Translations under genes and position numbers: made by a program
Notes under the pieces: generated by a model
The model's database searches: none
The model's input: only the letters and a program-made list of their open reading frames with translations
What the model was told of the DNA's origin: nothing
In this document: positions 1 through 18,296 of the stretch, in pieces
Layout of the letters: each line of letters opens with the position of its first letter
Numbering within the stretch: the stretch's first letter is position 1
Sequence record: KU521356.1
Reading direction: 5' to 3' (one strand)
Length of the DNA stretch: 64,000 nucleotides

Positions 1-1550
1 TTTAATAAGACCTTGTTGTATTTGCGTTGGATGGCTTTTAACTTACTACCCAACATTGATTTATCAACAATGGTTGGCTTATCTTCAAAAGTGGTGTCTT
101 CTGGAATCTTAAGATCATCTGGATGATATTCCATCGCCTCAGCGATCGTCATAGGTTCTACTGATTCATCATTAGGATCGGTAAATGGATCAGGTAGACG
201 ACGATACATAATCGAATCTTCTTGAGCTTGCTCGAATGTATTCGCAGAAATCATATTCACGCGATACATGCCGTATGCTTTAGCTCTAATGGCATCGATT
301 AGTTTATCTTCTTCATCAACTTCAGTATTGATGAATAACTCATCTTCTGGTACATCTGTTACAATGAGTTCCTTCTCTTCTTTAATTTGGCGAGAAGGTG
401 AAGATTCCAGTGGATCTTTTTCAATGATAAGCTTTGTTACCTCAAGATCACTTTCTGGTGGTGGGGTATATGTTACCTCAATTGCGCCAATATCAATTAA
501 GTTAGTTAAGTTGGTTGGGTCAAATTGAACATCATCAATAACATCAACTTCAGTTACTTCTTCTTCAACGTTATTAGACTCAACATCCTCAACCTCTTCT
601 GCTTCACCTTCTTCATAACTAACCGGAGTTTCTTCATCAACAATAATATCTTCATTAAAGATAGGCGTATCTTCTTTAATTAATGAAGTATTACCTTGGT
701 TATATTCAACCATCGCTGATACTAGTGAAATAAGGCGCCTAGCTATTTGCTGGGTATCATAACCTTTATCATCTTTAATTTCTGGATCACGACGCCATTG
801 ATCAAGCATCCCTAAGTTAATAACAAAGAATGAACTTTGTACACGGAATAAAAGATTAATGTTACCGTAATACTTAGCATCGATGACATTCATGAAAGAA
901 CTTTCACGATCATCAGAAACCCAGCGAACTAAATCAAATATATTTAGAATATCAGGTGTATTGAATTGATTAGCTAGATCTTGAGTTAAACCCCCTCGTA
1001 GTTTATTAAAAGAAGAAGGAGGTGGAACTAACTCAGGTAAGTGTATATCAATGAACTGGTTCCAACCAGGAAAACGTTCACATGCAGCCGCTACGCCACT
1101 CCAGAATGTACGCATGTCATTTGACCAACGGAACCATGTAGCTTTATAAGAAGCCATATAATTCCATTGAGGGTTAATTAAATTATAATTCATTACCAGA
1201 ATGTTCTGGTTTGATAATTTAAAACCGGTATCACTGCGTAAAGGTTTAAAGAAACGGTTCTGGCGGCGAAACTCTTGAATCATTGTTGCTGGGATATTTG
1301 AAGTCCTACGTGGATTACCTTCAAATGTAAGCATATCAGTAACATGCTCAATATATACTTTACCTTGATGTTTGGAGAATAATGGGTCTGTTTGACTAGG
1401 ACCCATTACTGCATTATTACCATCGAAGAACTGATAAATGGATTCGAAAGGTAGATCAAGTTTATTTAGAGCATGCAACTTAGGTGACTGAAGTTTAGCA
1501 TATTCGCGTACACTATAATTTTTCAGAAACTGTGTAATATTTAAGCGCAT
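1..1550 (-). CDS. Virion RNA polymerase beta-like subunit, N-terminal part (phiKZ gp178-like); runs off the left edge
   Basis: Not in the ORF track. Manual translation from ATG at 1550 (MRLNITQFLKNYSVREYAKLQSPK...) stays open to position 1 and includes a long acidic linker. It starts 2 nt after the stop of the beta'-like gene, matching the gp178/gp180/gp181/gp182 order of phiKZ-like phages. Assignment rests mainly on synteny. Confidence 0.7.
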   Translation of the reverse strand, partial: MRLNITQFLKNYSVREYAKLQSPKLHALNKLDLPFESIYQFFDGNNAVMGPSQTDPLFSKHQGKVYIEHVTDMLTFEGNPRRTSNIPATMIQEFRRQNRFFKPLRSDTGFKLSNQNILVMNYNLINPQWNYMASYKATWFRWSNDMRTFWSGVAAACERFPGWNQFIDIHLPELVPPPSSFNKLRGGLTQDLANQFNTPDILNIFDLVRWVSDDRESSFMNVIDAKYYGNINLLFRVQSSFFVINLGMLDQWRRDPEIKDDKGYDTQQIARRLISLVSAMVEYNQGNTSLIKEDTPIFNEDIIVDEETPVSYEEGEAEEVEDVESNNVEEEVTEVDVIDDVQFDPTNLTNLIDIGAIEVTYTPPPESDLEVTKLIIEKDPLESSPSRQIKEEKELIVTDVPEDELFINTEVDEEDKLIDAIRAKAYGMYRVNMISANTFEQAQEDSIMYRRLPDPFTDPNDESVEPMTIAEAMEYHPDDLKIPEDTTFEDKPTIVDKSMLGSKLKAIQRKYNKVLL

Positions 1551-1552
1551 GA

Positions 1553-3205
1553 TTAATCCCTTTGTTTGGGTTCCCCAGTCATGTACCGAAGAGTTAAATT
1601 GAGTGTATGGACACCAACACTAAATGCCAGTCGACCATCGGCATGTATATATGCAATACGTTTCTTAAAGAAAGCATCTGTTTCAGCGATAGCTTCCTCT
1701 GAATAAACTGCGTTAAATGATACAGTGTCCCCGTCGAAATCCGCCCCCAATGGCGCGAGAATAGAAGGAGAGATGGATACTGAGTCATGCCACTGGGCTG
1801 GTTTATTTAATTCAAACACAGGGAATTCTAAGGCTGGTTCCAACGTATCATCACGTTCCCATTGATCATTTAACGGATAACGTAATTCACCCACTACGGT
1901 TGTTTTAACATACATCTTACAGGGGATAGAGCTATTGTAGTTTTCTACAGGATATCGTGTAACAAACGCTGAGTTTGTTCGCCACATACTTAATCCACTA
2001 AGGTAAACTAATTCGGCATAAGTAATAGGTCTAACAAATTTCTTATTTAGATTAGTAGGTAACTCATCGATGTTGCGGAATATTTTAAAATTCTGTTTAT
2101 CATCAACGTAAATAAGGGCTAGATAATGATCAGCAATTTCAATTGCACGTGAGCGTTTTTCAATGACATCTAGCTCATTGATGATTTGTTCTTGCCCTTC
2201 AGGAGTTCCCCATAAATCCATATCTTCGTTAGAGATATCGACCCATTCTAAACGTAGTGTTTTCTTATTGATGAGCTGTACAGTGTTAGTAACTGTATCA
2301 AACACTTCACCAACTACACCTTGCCTTAGTGCAAAGATTGTACGCGGTGCAACTGAACGAGCTGCTTGATGTAAGCCAACTACGGCATCTTTGAATGTTG
2401 GTCGATTAGGTGAATCAAGATCAGCAGCATTAGTATCTAGCGAACTAATGACGTTACGTGTACCATTGGCAATACGACGGGATGCCCATTTAGATTGAAT
2501 GTATCCACGTTTACCGGATAGCAGTCGTTCATAATGTTCATAAATAGCTAATACGGTGTTTTGCATTGCTACTCGTTTGCGATCATAGATACTCAAGTCA
2601 TCATTTGGTCCAAAGCTATCAGGTACACCAAACGACTGATTTAATAGATACCTATAGTGTTCATTGATCTCATCCATCTCAACACGATTATTCTCATCAA
2701 TCTCTGCATCACGATAAGCGGCTGGTGTTACAAGCATGTCTTTAAAAATACAGTTATCTTTATATTTTTCGATTAATTGTAACCTTGATAGCCGAACCCC
2801 TGACTTAGTGGACCCAAAGTCAATTCGTTTCCAGTTATCAAAAAAGAATGTATAACCAGTTTTACCAGTTAGTTCATCGGCGCGGATAAAATCTTTAATA
2901 GATTCGTCAAATACTGCAAATGCCTTACCAAGAATAATTTCTTCATAGAAAGCTTTTAATTTAATTAAGTTTCGATATACAACTGGATGGATAAGTTCTA
3001 AACCTAAATGGATATATCCAAATAAACTCTCACGATCAGTTGATCCAACTCTTCCAAAAATGGAAACAGAGAACAAACCATCTTCATGAAAGTTACCACC
3101 TAAACCTTCAAATATCTCATGACTCTTTACTTGACCTAAGAACTTTAATTGTTCTTTAGTAGGAATAAGTAAAGAAATATTAAAAGGAACTAATGCCTTC
3201 TTCAT
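1553..3205 (-). CDS. Virion RNA polymerase beta'-like subunit (phiKZ gp180-like)
   Basis: Catalytic motif LGADFDGDTV, N-terminal GLFSVSIFGRVG and GKRGYIQSKWASRRIANGTRNVI (beta' GKxGxxR-like region); 550 aa. Confidence 0.9.
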   Translation of the reverse strand: MKKALVPFNISLLIPTKEQLKFLGQVKSHEIFEGLGGNFHEDGLFSVSIFGRVGSTDRESLFGYIHLGLELIHPVVYRNLIKLKAFYEEIILGKAFAVFDESIKDFIRADELTGKTGYTFFFDNWKRIDFGSTKSGVRLSRLQLIEKYKDNCIFKDMLVTPAAYRDAEIDENNRVEMDEINEHYRYLLNQSFGVPDSFGPNDDLSIYDRKRVAMQNTVLAIYEHYERLLSGKRGYIQSKWASRRIANGTRNVISSLDTNAADLDSPNRPTFKDAVVGLHQAARSVAPRTIFALRQGVVGEVFDTVTNTVQLINKKTLRLEWVDISNEDMDLWGTPEGQEQIINELDVIEKRSRAIEIADHYLALIYVDDKQNFKIFRNIDELPTNLNKKFVRPITYAELVYLSGLSMWRTNSAFVTRYPVENYNSSIPCKMYVKTTVVGELRYPLNDQWERDDTLEPALEFPVFELNKPAQWHDSVSISPSILAPLGADFDGDTVSFNAVYSEEAIAETDAFFKKRIAYIHADGRLAFSVGVHTLNLTLRYMTGEPKQRD

Positions 3206-3280
3206 TTTCTATTTTCCTATTTTGGTAATACTAAGTTAAACAACGATATGATACTTTACTAATCGTCAATGGAGTTTAAT

Positions 3281-12044
<8,764 letters not shown>

Positions 12045-12102
12045 ATACTTGGAATAGTTATTTATTGTAACCATTCTTAAACCAATGTAATAGGTAATTA
12101 AC

Positions 12103-12408
12103 ATGTCTCTACTTAAAAAGATCGGTCTAGCTTTAATTGGATCAGAAGGACGTAAGGAAGTTTTTGAACAAGAATTAACTAAACTATCAAATTCTAATGC
12201 AGTTATTGATCAAATGGTGATTAATTTACTGGGTAGTAAGAAGAAGTTAGATGACTTCCTAATTAAAGCTGAAGAAATTGATAATAAGAAACTAGGCTTC
12301 ATTAAAAATCGAGCCGAACTTATTAAACTAGTCAAATCTAAATATTCACAAGACCCTCGGGTTGCCGATGTAGTAGTGTCACTTTACATTGGTGGTTTCA
12401 TTTATTGA
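12103..12408 (+). CDS. Hypothetical protein
   Basis: 101-aa ORF with RBS aggt. Confidence 0.6.
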   Translation: MSLLKKIGLALIGSEGRKEVFEQELTKLSNSNAVIDQMVINLLGSKKKLDDFLIKAEEIDNKKLGFIKNRAELIKLVKSKYSQDPRVADVVVSLYIGGFIY

Positions 12409-12415
12409 GGTAAGT

Positions 12416-13108
12416 ATGTCTAAACCTAATCTTGAGTGGTTAGCTTCCTTAGAAAGTAAAGAAGCTAAAAGTACAGTAGATTCTTCCGATATGGATAATG
12501 ATCAAAAGGAAGGTAGCGATAAGTCTCAACAAGATGAAGCTACTGAACCTGAGAAGAAAATTACTGCAACTGATGTACAAATTGCAATTGAAGAATATGC
12601 GCGTATCCGTGCATTAACCACTACTAAAGATCTTCCAACTGACCCTGAACCAGGTGATACTTATCATGTAAATGGGGTAGATTGGATTTATCAAGAAGAT
12701 GGTGGATGGGTAACTATGCAAGGTATTTATGGCCATGAACATTTTGATGAAAATGGTCTAAATATTGAAGCAAGTGGTATTGATCAGAAATCAGGTGCAA
12801 CTAAACGTTATGTGGTAACTGGTTATAATGCTCAGACTAACCCAGCTGCTATGCCTGGTGATAATCTGACTGAATGTGTTATCCTAATGCAGAATGGACT
12901 TGTTCCAGAAGTTGGTGTAAATGGCCTAACTGCTGACTGTCTACTTAAAATCGTTAAAGATTTATTTGAAGGTTATCAAGCAGGCCCATTTGCATGTGAA
13001 GAGAATCAGGTAGTGATTAATTCAATGGACCGTGCTCTTAGTGCAATTCATCAACGCCTCGTAAGACGTAAAGAACAAGGTACTGAAGGTACCTATAGTG
13101 GTAATTGA
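12416..13108 (+). CDS. tad1: Tad1-family (Thoeris anti-defence 1) cyclic-nucleotide sponge homolog with N-terminal extension
   Basis: The C-terminal ~120 aa (MQNGLVPEVGVNG...LLKIVKDLFEGYQAGPFACEEN...RLVRRKEQGTEGT) match recalled Tad1 motifs (FQxG...ExGVNG, LLxIVxDRLxxFQxGPFxxREN, RxxRxxRGVEGT). Start 12416 follows RBS gaggt. Confidence 0.75.
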   Translation: MSKPNLEWLASLESKEAKSTVDSSDMDNDQKEGSDKSQQDEATEPEKKITATDVQIAIEEYARIRALTTTKDLPTDPEPGDTYHVNGVDWIYQEDGGWVTMQGIYGHEHFDENGLNIEASGIDQKSGATKRYVVTGYNAQTNPAAMPGDNLTECVILMQNGLVPEVGVNGLTADCLLKIVKDLFEGYQAGPFACEENQVVINSMDRALSAIHQRLVRRKEQGTEGTYSGN

Positions 13109-13115
13109 CATAAAT

Positions 13116-13140
13116 GCCTCCCTTCGGGGAGGCTTTATTT
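13116..13140 (+). terminator. Intrinsic terminator with UUCG loop
   Basis: gcctccc-ttcg-gggaggc-tttattt. Similar hairpins occur at about 16264, 20301, 22132, 28043, 29667, 35258, 35748, 38652, 41846, 42487, 45187, 47224, 48194, 50776, 51219, 53088, 54277, 57757, 57953, 60626 and 63167. Confidence 0.85.
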
Positions 13141-13163
13141 CGTATTAAAAAAAATTTGAGATT

Positions 13164-13171
13164 TATATTAC
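13164..13171 (+). promoter_or_regulatory. phiKZ-type early promoter core TATATTAC
   Basis: Intergenic exact match to the published phiKZ early-promoter motif, with AT-rich upstream sequence, just after a terminator. Confidence 0.7.
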
Positions 13172-13216
13172 TAGTGTGTAATTAGGAAACCATCTATCTA
13201 GTAAAGAGGAATCACA

Positions 13217-14450
13217 ATGAGCGTTGTAATTTTCACTGCCAGACCTATTGGTTATAAAGTTCCTGGCGCTAATTCCACTGTAAATAAGTTTGCACTAAAT
13301 ACAGCTAATGCACCTAGTGTATATAGTTCTTCACCAGGATCACCAATTACTGCTCAGGAGAGTAGTTGTATCTATACACTCACTTCAAATCATGAGTTAA
13401 TCGCTGGGGACACCGATAAAGATAACTCCCTAATGAGTTTCAAACTAGTGCTTGCGTATAATAACGATACAGCTAATTATCTAATTAGTACGCAGGTTAT
13501 TGATAGTATCGATAAACTAAAAGGAGTGGAAATTATTAGTGAACTCAGTTTCAGTGTAATTGATACTGGTGCACATATGATCCGTAGAGTGAATTCGATC
13601 GGTGTATGTGAGGCTGTCGCCGCTCGATGGTCTCCAGTTGCAATTGAACACGTGGCTAAAGCAACCGAGCGTGAGCACCCTGGTACTCCCATCGGTGATG
13701 CTCGTGAGATGATCGACTCTGGTGAAGACCTGGGTGACGTATGTACTTCATATATCAAATCGAGTAACTAGCATGGTAGATAAAGACAAAACAATGGTAG
13801 ATTTGATTAAGTCAGCGCAAGAACTGACTTCACATCTTGGCCCACTGAATAAAGTATTAACTACCATTAATCTAATTGGTATGCCAGATGCTTTAAAAGA
13901 AGTAGTTAAACTCCCCGATGTAAAATGTGTTGTATATAAACGACCATTAACTGATAATCTAATTAAGGTTGTCTTTAATGATGGTAGTTGCTTTGTGATA
14001 AAAGATGTAAATTAAACCACCACCGTAAATAGAGAGAGTACTAAAATGTCCATCGAAACCACCAAGAAGTTTATCGAAACCCACAACCTAAATGAAAAAG
14101 TAAGCATGTCTGATGCCGGGGTATTTGAGATCCCTGACGGTCTATTTGAAGAAGTTGTTCTTCAACCAGCAGGCGTTACTGCCGAGCAGTATGCGCAGGT
14201 ACATGAAGGTGCAGGTCAACTAGCAGCGGCTGTAAGTTATGTATTTGCTGAAAAAGCCGCACCGTACATGAAAGAAAATGAAAGCATTGCTGAGCTTGGT
14301 TATTCTTATAATGCAGGCGGTGCAACTGTTTCTGGTATCATTGATCGCAGTGGTGCTCTTGTAACAGTTGTAGATACCAAATATAAGAGTAGCGCTATGA
14401 CTGACGTTGTTGAAAGTGTAGCCAGCTTCTTTGAAGATGTCAATAGCTAA
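13217..14450 (+). other. Three hypothetical CDSs: 13217-13771, 13773-14015, 14046-14450
   Basis: Consecutive ORFs with RBS-like motifs after the early promoter; hairpin terminator at about 14479-14505. Confidence 0.7.
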
Positions 14451-14570
14451 TATATACTAGCTATTTCAATATAATAAGATCAGTGGGTGCATTGCCCACT
14501 GGTCATTTTTTATATTAAAAAAGTTTAATGGCTAAATAGTACATTTTAATAATTTAAGGAACTGAGTATT

Positions 14571-14900
14571 ATGGCGGATCAGAATTTATTTAAAGAAGTT
14601 CATGGTGATAATAAAAAATCACATTCTGACAATATCAAATATAATCTAGTTATTGCAATTGTACAAACTGCCCGTCAAAAAGCCATTTCTCAAAAAGTAT
14701 TGATTGATGATGTTTTCACTAAACTAGGCATCTCTGATGAACTTAGTGAGAATATTAAAATGTTTAATTTACCAGCTTTAAGCATTGATGTATTAGTTGA
14801 TGTTCTATATAGCTTAGGTTATAGAGCTTCATTAGAATTATCGCAACAAGATTTAGAAGATAATGTTGAAGCAGTAATTAAACTTAAGATGAGGGATTAG
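14571..14900 (+). CDS. Possible XRE-type helix-turn-helix protein
   Basis: Small helical protein; LSIDVLVDVLYSLGYRASLEL resembles the XRE/HigA-like C-terminal helix pattern. Confidence 0.4.
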   Translation: MADQNLFKEVHGDNKKSHSDNIKYNLVIAIVQTARQKAISQKVLIDDVFTKLGISDELSENIKMFNLPALSIDVLVDVLYSLGYRASLELSQQDLEDNVEAVIKLKMRD

Positions 14901-14902
14901 TA

Positions 14903-15961
14903 ATGAATGGTTTATTTGTATGTATCGAAGGAACTGAAGGTGTTGGTAAAACAACTGTTACAAAGATGGTTGTTGAGGAACTACGTAAGCGCAATTACGA
15001 TGTAGTAGCAATGCGTGAACCAGGTGGTACAGCTACATCGGAAAAGATTCGACAAATGTTAATTTGGCCAGAATTTAAAGATGAAGTTCGTCCGCCAGAA
15101 TTCGATGTATTGATGCATAGTGCAGGTAGGATGCTTAATGTAGAAAACATTATTCGACCTGCTTTAAAAGATGATAAAATCGTTATCACTGAACGTTTCA
15201 TTGCATCTACTTATGCTCTTAATGTAGTACCTTTTGAAGAAACTAATCCATACCTATCAAAACTATTTATGGATATTCTTCAAGGAACACTACATTCTAT
15301 TCCAGAACCGGCTACTTTCTTTTTAACTGCTCCTGAAGAAGTTCGTAAAAAACGAATTGAAATGCGCGACCGAGGTCTTGACTATTATGAGTCTAAGGGT
15401 TCCAGTTACTTTAATAAAGTAGATGAAGGTTATGGACGCTTAATTAATCAACCTAGTTCAATTGTTGTAGATACCAATCGCGATCTAGACATCATTGTTA
15501 ATGAGATTGTTGAATCAATTATTTTCCTGCGTGATAAACAGAAAAATAAACAATCATCATTTGATGAACAACTAGCTAAAACTACAACTAGTGATCAGTT
15601 TGATGATAGTGTAAGTTCTGAAATACCATGGAATGATGAACAGCAAGAAGATACTGTCGCAACAACCGATGACACTATTAATTTTGATCTAGATGCTGAA
15701 ATCAGTAAGTATCTTGATGAAAATATTATCCCTCAGTTATTCGAAGGTGATGATCGTTTCCTTGCATCTGGTAAGGTTGTGGCACAGAAGTACTGCCAAC
15801 GAGTTTACGATCAGCTACCTGATAGTGAAAAGCACAAGATGTTCTTAGGTTCAAATAAAGAACGTCTAAATCAACAAATTCATAGTTTACTTTACTATGG
15901 ACATCAATTAGATGCATTCATTGCAGAAAATGATCTAATTGGTAAAACACTCTGGAAATAA
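14903..15961 (+). CDS. tmk: Thymidylate kinase with ~140-aa acidic C-terminal extension
   Basis: P-loop IEGTEGVGKTT, REPGGT, and ITERFIAS (DRY-like) motifs. Confidence 0.9.
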   Translation: MNGLFVCIEGTEGVGKTTVTKMVVEELRKRNYDVVAMREPGGTATSEKIRQMLIWPEFKDEVRPPEFDVLMHSAGRMLNVENIIRPALKDDKIVITERFIASTYALNVVPFEETNPYLSKLFMDILQGTLHSIPEPATFFLTAPEEVRKKRIEMRDRGLDYYESKGSSYFNKVDEGYGRLINQPSSIVVDTNRDLDIIVNEIVESIIFLRDKQKNKQSSFDEQLAKTTTSDQFDDSVSSEIPWNDEQQEDTVATTDDTINFDLDAEISKYLDENIIPQLFEGDDRFLASGKVVAQKYCQRVYDQLPDSEKHKMFLGSNKERLNQQIHSLLYYGHQLDAFIAENDLIGKTLWK

Positions 15962-15998
15962 AATTAATTTATTATTTCGTAATTGGTGAAGAAATTAA

Positions 15999-17578
15999 AT
16001 GAGCACTACCCTGACTCTGAAAGAATCTAAATACATCCCTGCAACTAATCTAGATAACCTAGAAGATTATATTGGTCGTACTTTTCTAGTCGAACGAAAT
16101 GGCGTGTCTACAGCGCATAAGCTAATTAAACTCTCTCGCCGAGATGTTTATCTTGGTTATCCGGATGGTAGGGAAGATTCATTTACATTGTCTATTAATA
16201 AATTCCGGAAGTTTTATAAACTAGCACCATCTAATCGCGATAAAAAATAAAATACGATATAATAGAGTCCCCATTACGGGGACTCTTCTTTATAATTTTT
16301 TGTTAAAAGGTATATCAAGTGTTCAATAGAATTGTTAGAGCTTTTCACATTATCGATAAAGACCAATCTAAACATGGTGAACTAGATCTACCACAATGGC
16401 CAGCCTATGTATCGGTTACTCCTAAAATTATCGACATTAGGGATAAAGAATTTAATTATCATGGTTTTATGTCACGTATCAATGCCCCTTTAAAAGTTAT
16501 AAAACCAGATGAATATATTAAAGCTAGGTATACTTTATGTTCACACTTTATTTATCAGAATGATGAAGATAATGACCCAATCGATGCACCAGGTTTTAGT
16601 ATTGACATTGAATACAGACTAATTACTCAGAATACTAAGACATGGCATTTAGATATCAACATCATCACTGATAAATCAATTAGTTACAATATCGAAAGTA
16701 TTCTAAATGCGGAATTCATGTGTCAATGTCAATTTAATCTTTATATAAACGGTAAATAGCTAATCATTTATAATAGAGGAAAGAGTATGTTTAAATCCTT
16801 GAACTTTAACTACACCACTCAACCTTCTACTGAAGGTATCTGTTTGTATATCGGTCATGGCGATATTGGACTACTTGAGGGTAATAAATTTTCAACTGAT
16901 ATTACTAAGAAATTAGAACAATGTCCTTATTACCTACATGTTACTGTTGGTGAATCAAATACAGCTAACCAATTGACCATTACTGGTTATACTAATAACC
17001 AACCTAACATCCGTAGTTGGCATGGTCAAGAAGCTATGGACATTCTGCTGAATAATATCAACAGCAATAACAATGTGGTGCAACGAGAACTTAACTTTGA
17101 AGTACTCATTGAATCAGTTGAACGTAAAGACCCGCGCGTTATTATACTAATGGCGCTAGGTGCACTTCCATCTCAAGATTACCCTGGTCATTTTAATGAT
17201 TTAGCATCCGATAAGCAACTATTCAAACGAGAAGGCTCTTTCATTGATTATAATGAAAAAGAATATAGTGATACATACAACACCATTACACGCAAATTAT
17301 TTAACCTGTGTGGCTGTGGTCATCCAGAAGCAGAGTTGCGTTATATTGATGACGTATTGGATATATATCGCCAAGGTTGGAATACTTCTAAACGTAATGA
17401 ATGTGATAAGAAATATGGATTTGGTCCGACTACATTCATGCTACATTATCTAGATAGTCTTGGATTTGCCGAGCATGGTACAGGCGCGGCCGGTTGGCTA
17501 CTCGATGAAGGTGCATGGGTTAATGTATTAGTAAAATTAGCAATTAAGGAAACCGAGGGTGGATGCACTGATGTTTAA
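15999..17578 (+). other. Hypothetical CDSs: 15999-16250, 16319-16759, 16787-17578
   Basis: ORFs with RBS. The last has a C-terminal CGCGxP...LDSLGFAEHG...WLLDEG segment. Confidence 0.65.
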
Positions 17579-18296
17579 ATTATCGATGCGTGTATTTTGT
17601 GCGGTATTTCTGATTAGTATTGGCATGTGTACTAAAGCTAGTGTTAATTACGAACCACTTGCTTTTTATGGAGTACCCTTATTCTACTCTAATCATACTC
17701 CGCGAATTGCTCCATGTAACTTCGACCAACAATCTGGACTTGGTAGTTGCGGATGGACTAGTTATCCAGAATATTCAGTTATTCCATTAGTTAAACCAAG
17801 TGATCCAACTAAACAGATTCTTGTTAATTATTCGATGTATCAAGAAGTCATCTGTAATGATGAACAATGCTTTACTTCTGATTATCATGAGCCGTATGGT
17901 TTACTCTCAGGATTTAAAGGCACCACATATTGGTCTGTGCCAACTGGTTATTATTTACTAAATGGACCCAATGGTGTACATGGTGTTAAGTTTGGTAACG
18001 GACCATTAAAAGATAATTATCCTATTCGTGATATTTACATGATAAATAATGATAGAGATATTGATGGTGAATACCTCTCTCTAAAAAATACTAAGGGAAT
18101 TTATAATGTGATGTGTAGTCCATTGACCCAGATGTGTAAATATTTGGGTAAAGAGTACACTCTATTGGAACTAAACCAATTGATTCCTTTTGTAAAGACT
18201 ACCATTTGTGATGAATACCTTTGTTACATCGATAACAGTAAAGGCAAGGTTGCAGGCATAAATCCAAAACGAAAGGATATTTACGAGGGGTTATAA
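17559..18296 (+). CDS. Exported cysteine-rich protein (signal peptide plus four Cys pairs)
   Basis: Hydrophobic N-terminus ending TKA; mature part has CNFDQQSGLGSC, CNDEQC, CSPLTQMC and CDEYLC. Confidence 0.6.
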   Translation: MDALMFKLSMRVFCAVFLISIGMCTKASVNYEPLAFYGVPLFYSNHTPRIAPCNFDQQSGLGSCGWTSYPEYSVIPLVKPSDPTKQILVNYSMYQEVICNDEQCFTSDYHEPYGLLSGFKGTTYWSVPTGYYLLNGPNGVHGVKFGNGPLKDNYPIRDIYMINNDRDIDGEYLSLKNTKGIYNVMCSPLTQMCKYLGKEYTLLELNQLIPFVKTTICDEYLCYIDNSKGKVAGINPKRKDIYEGL

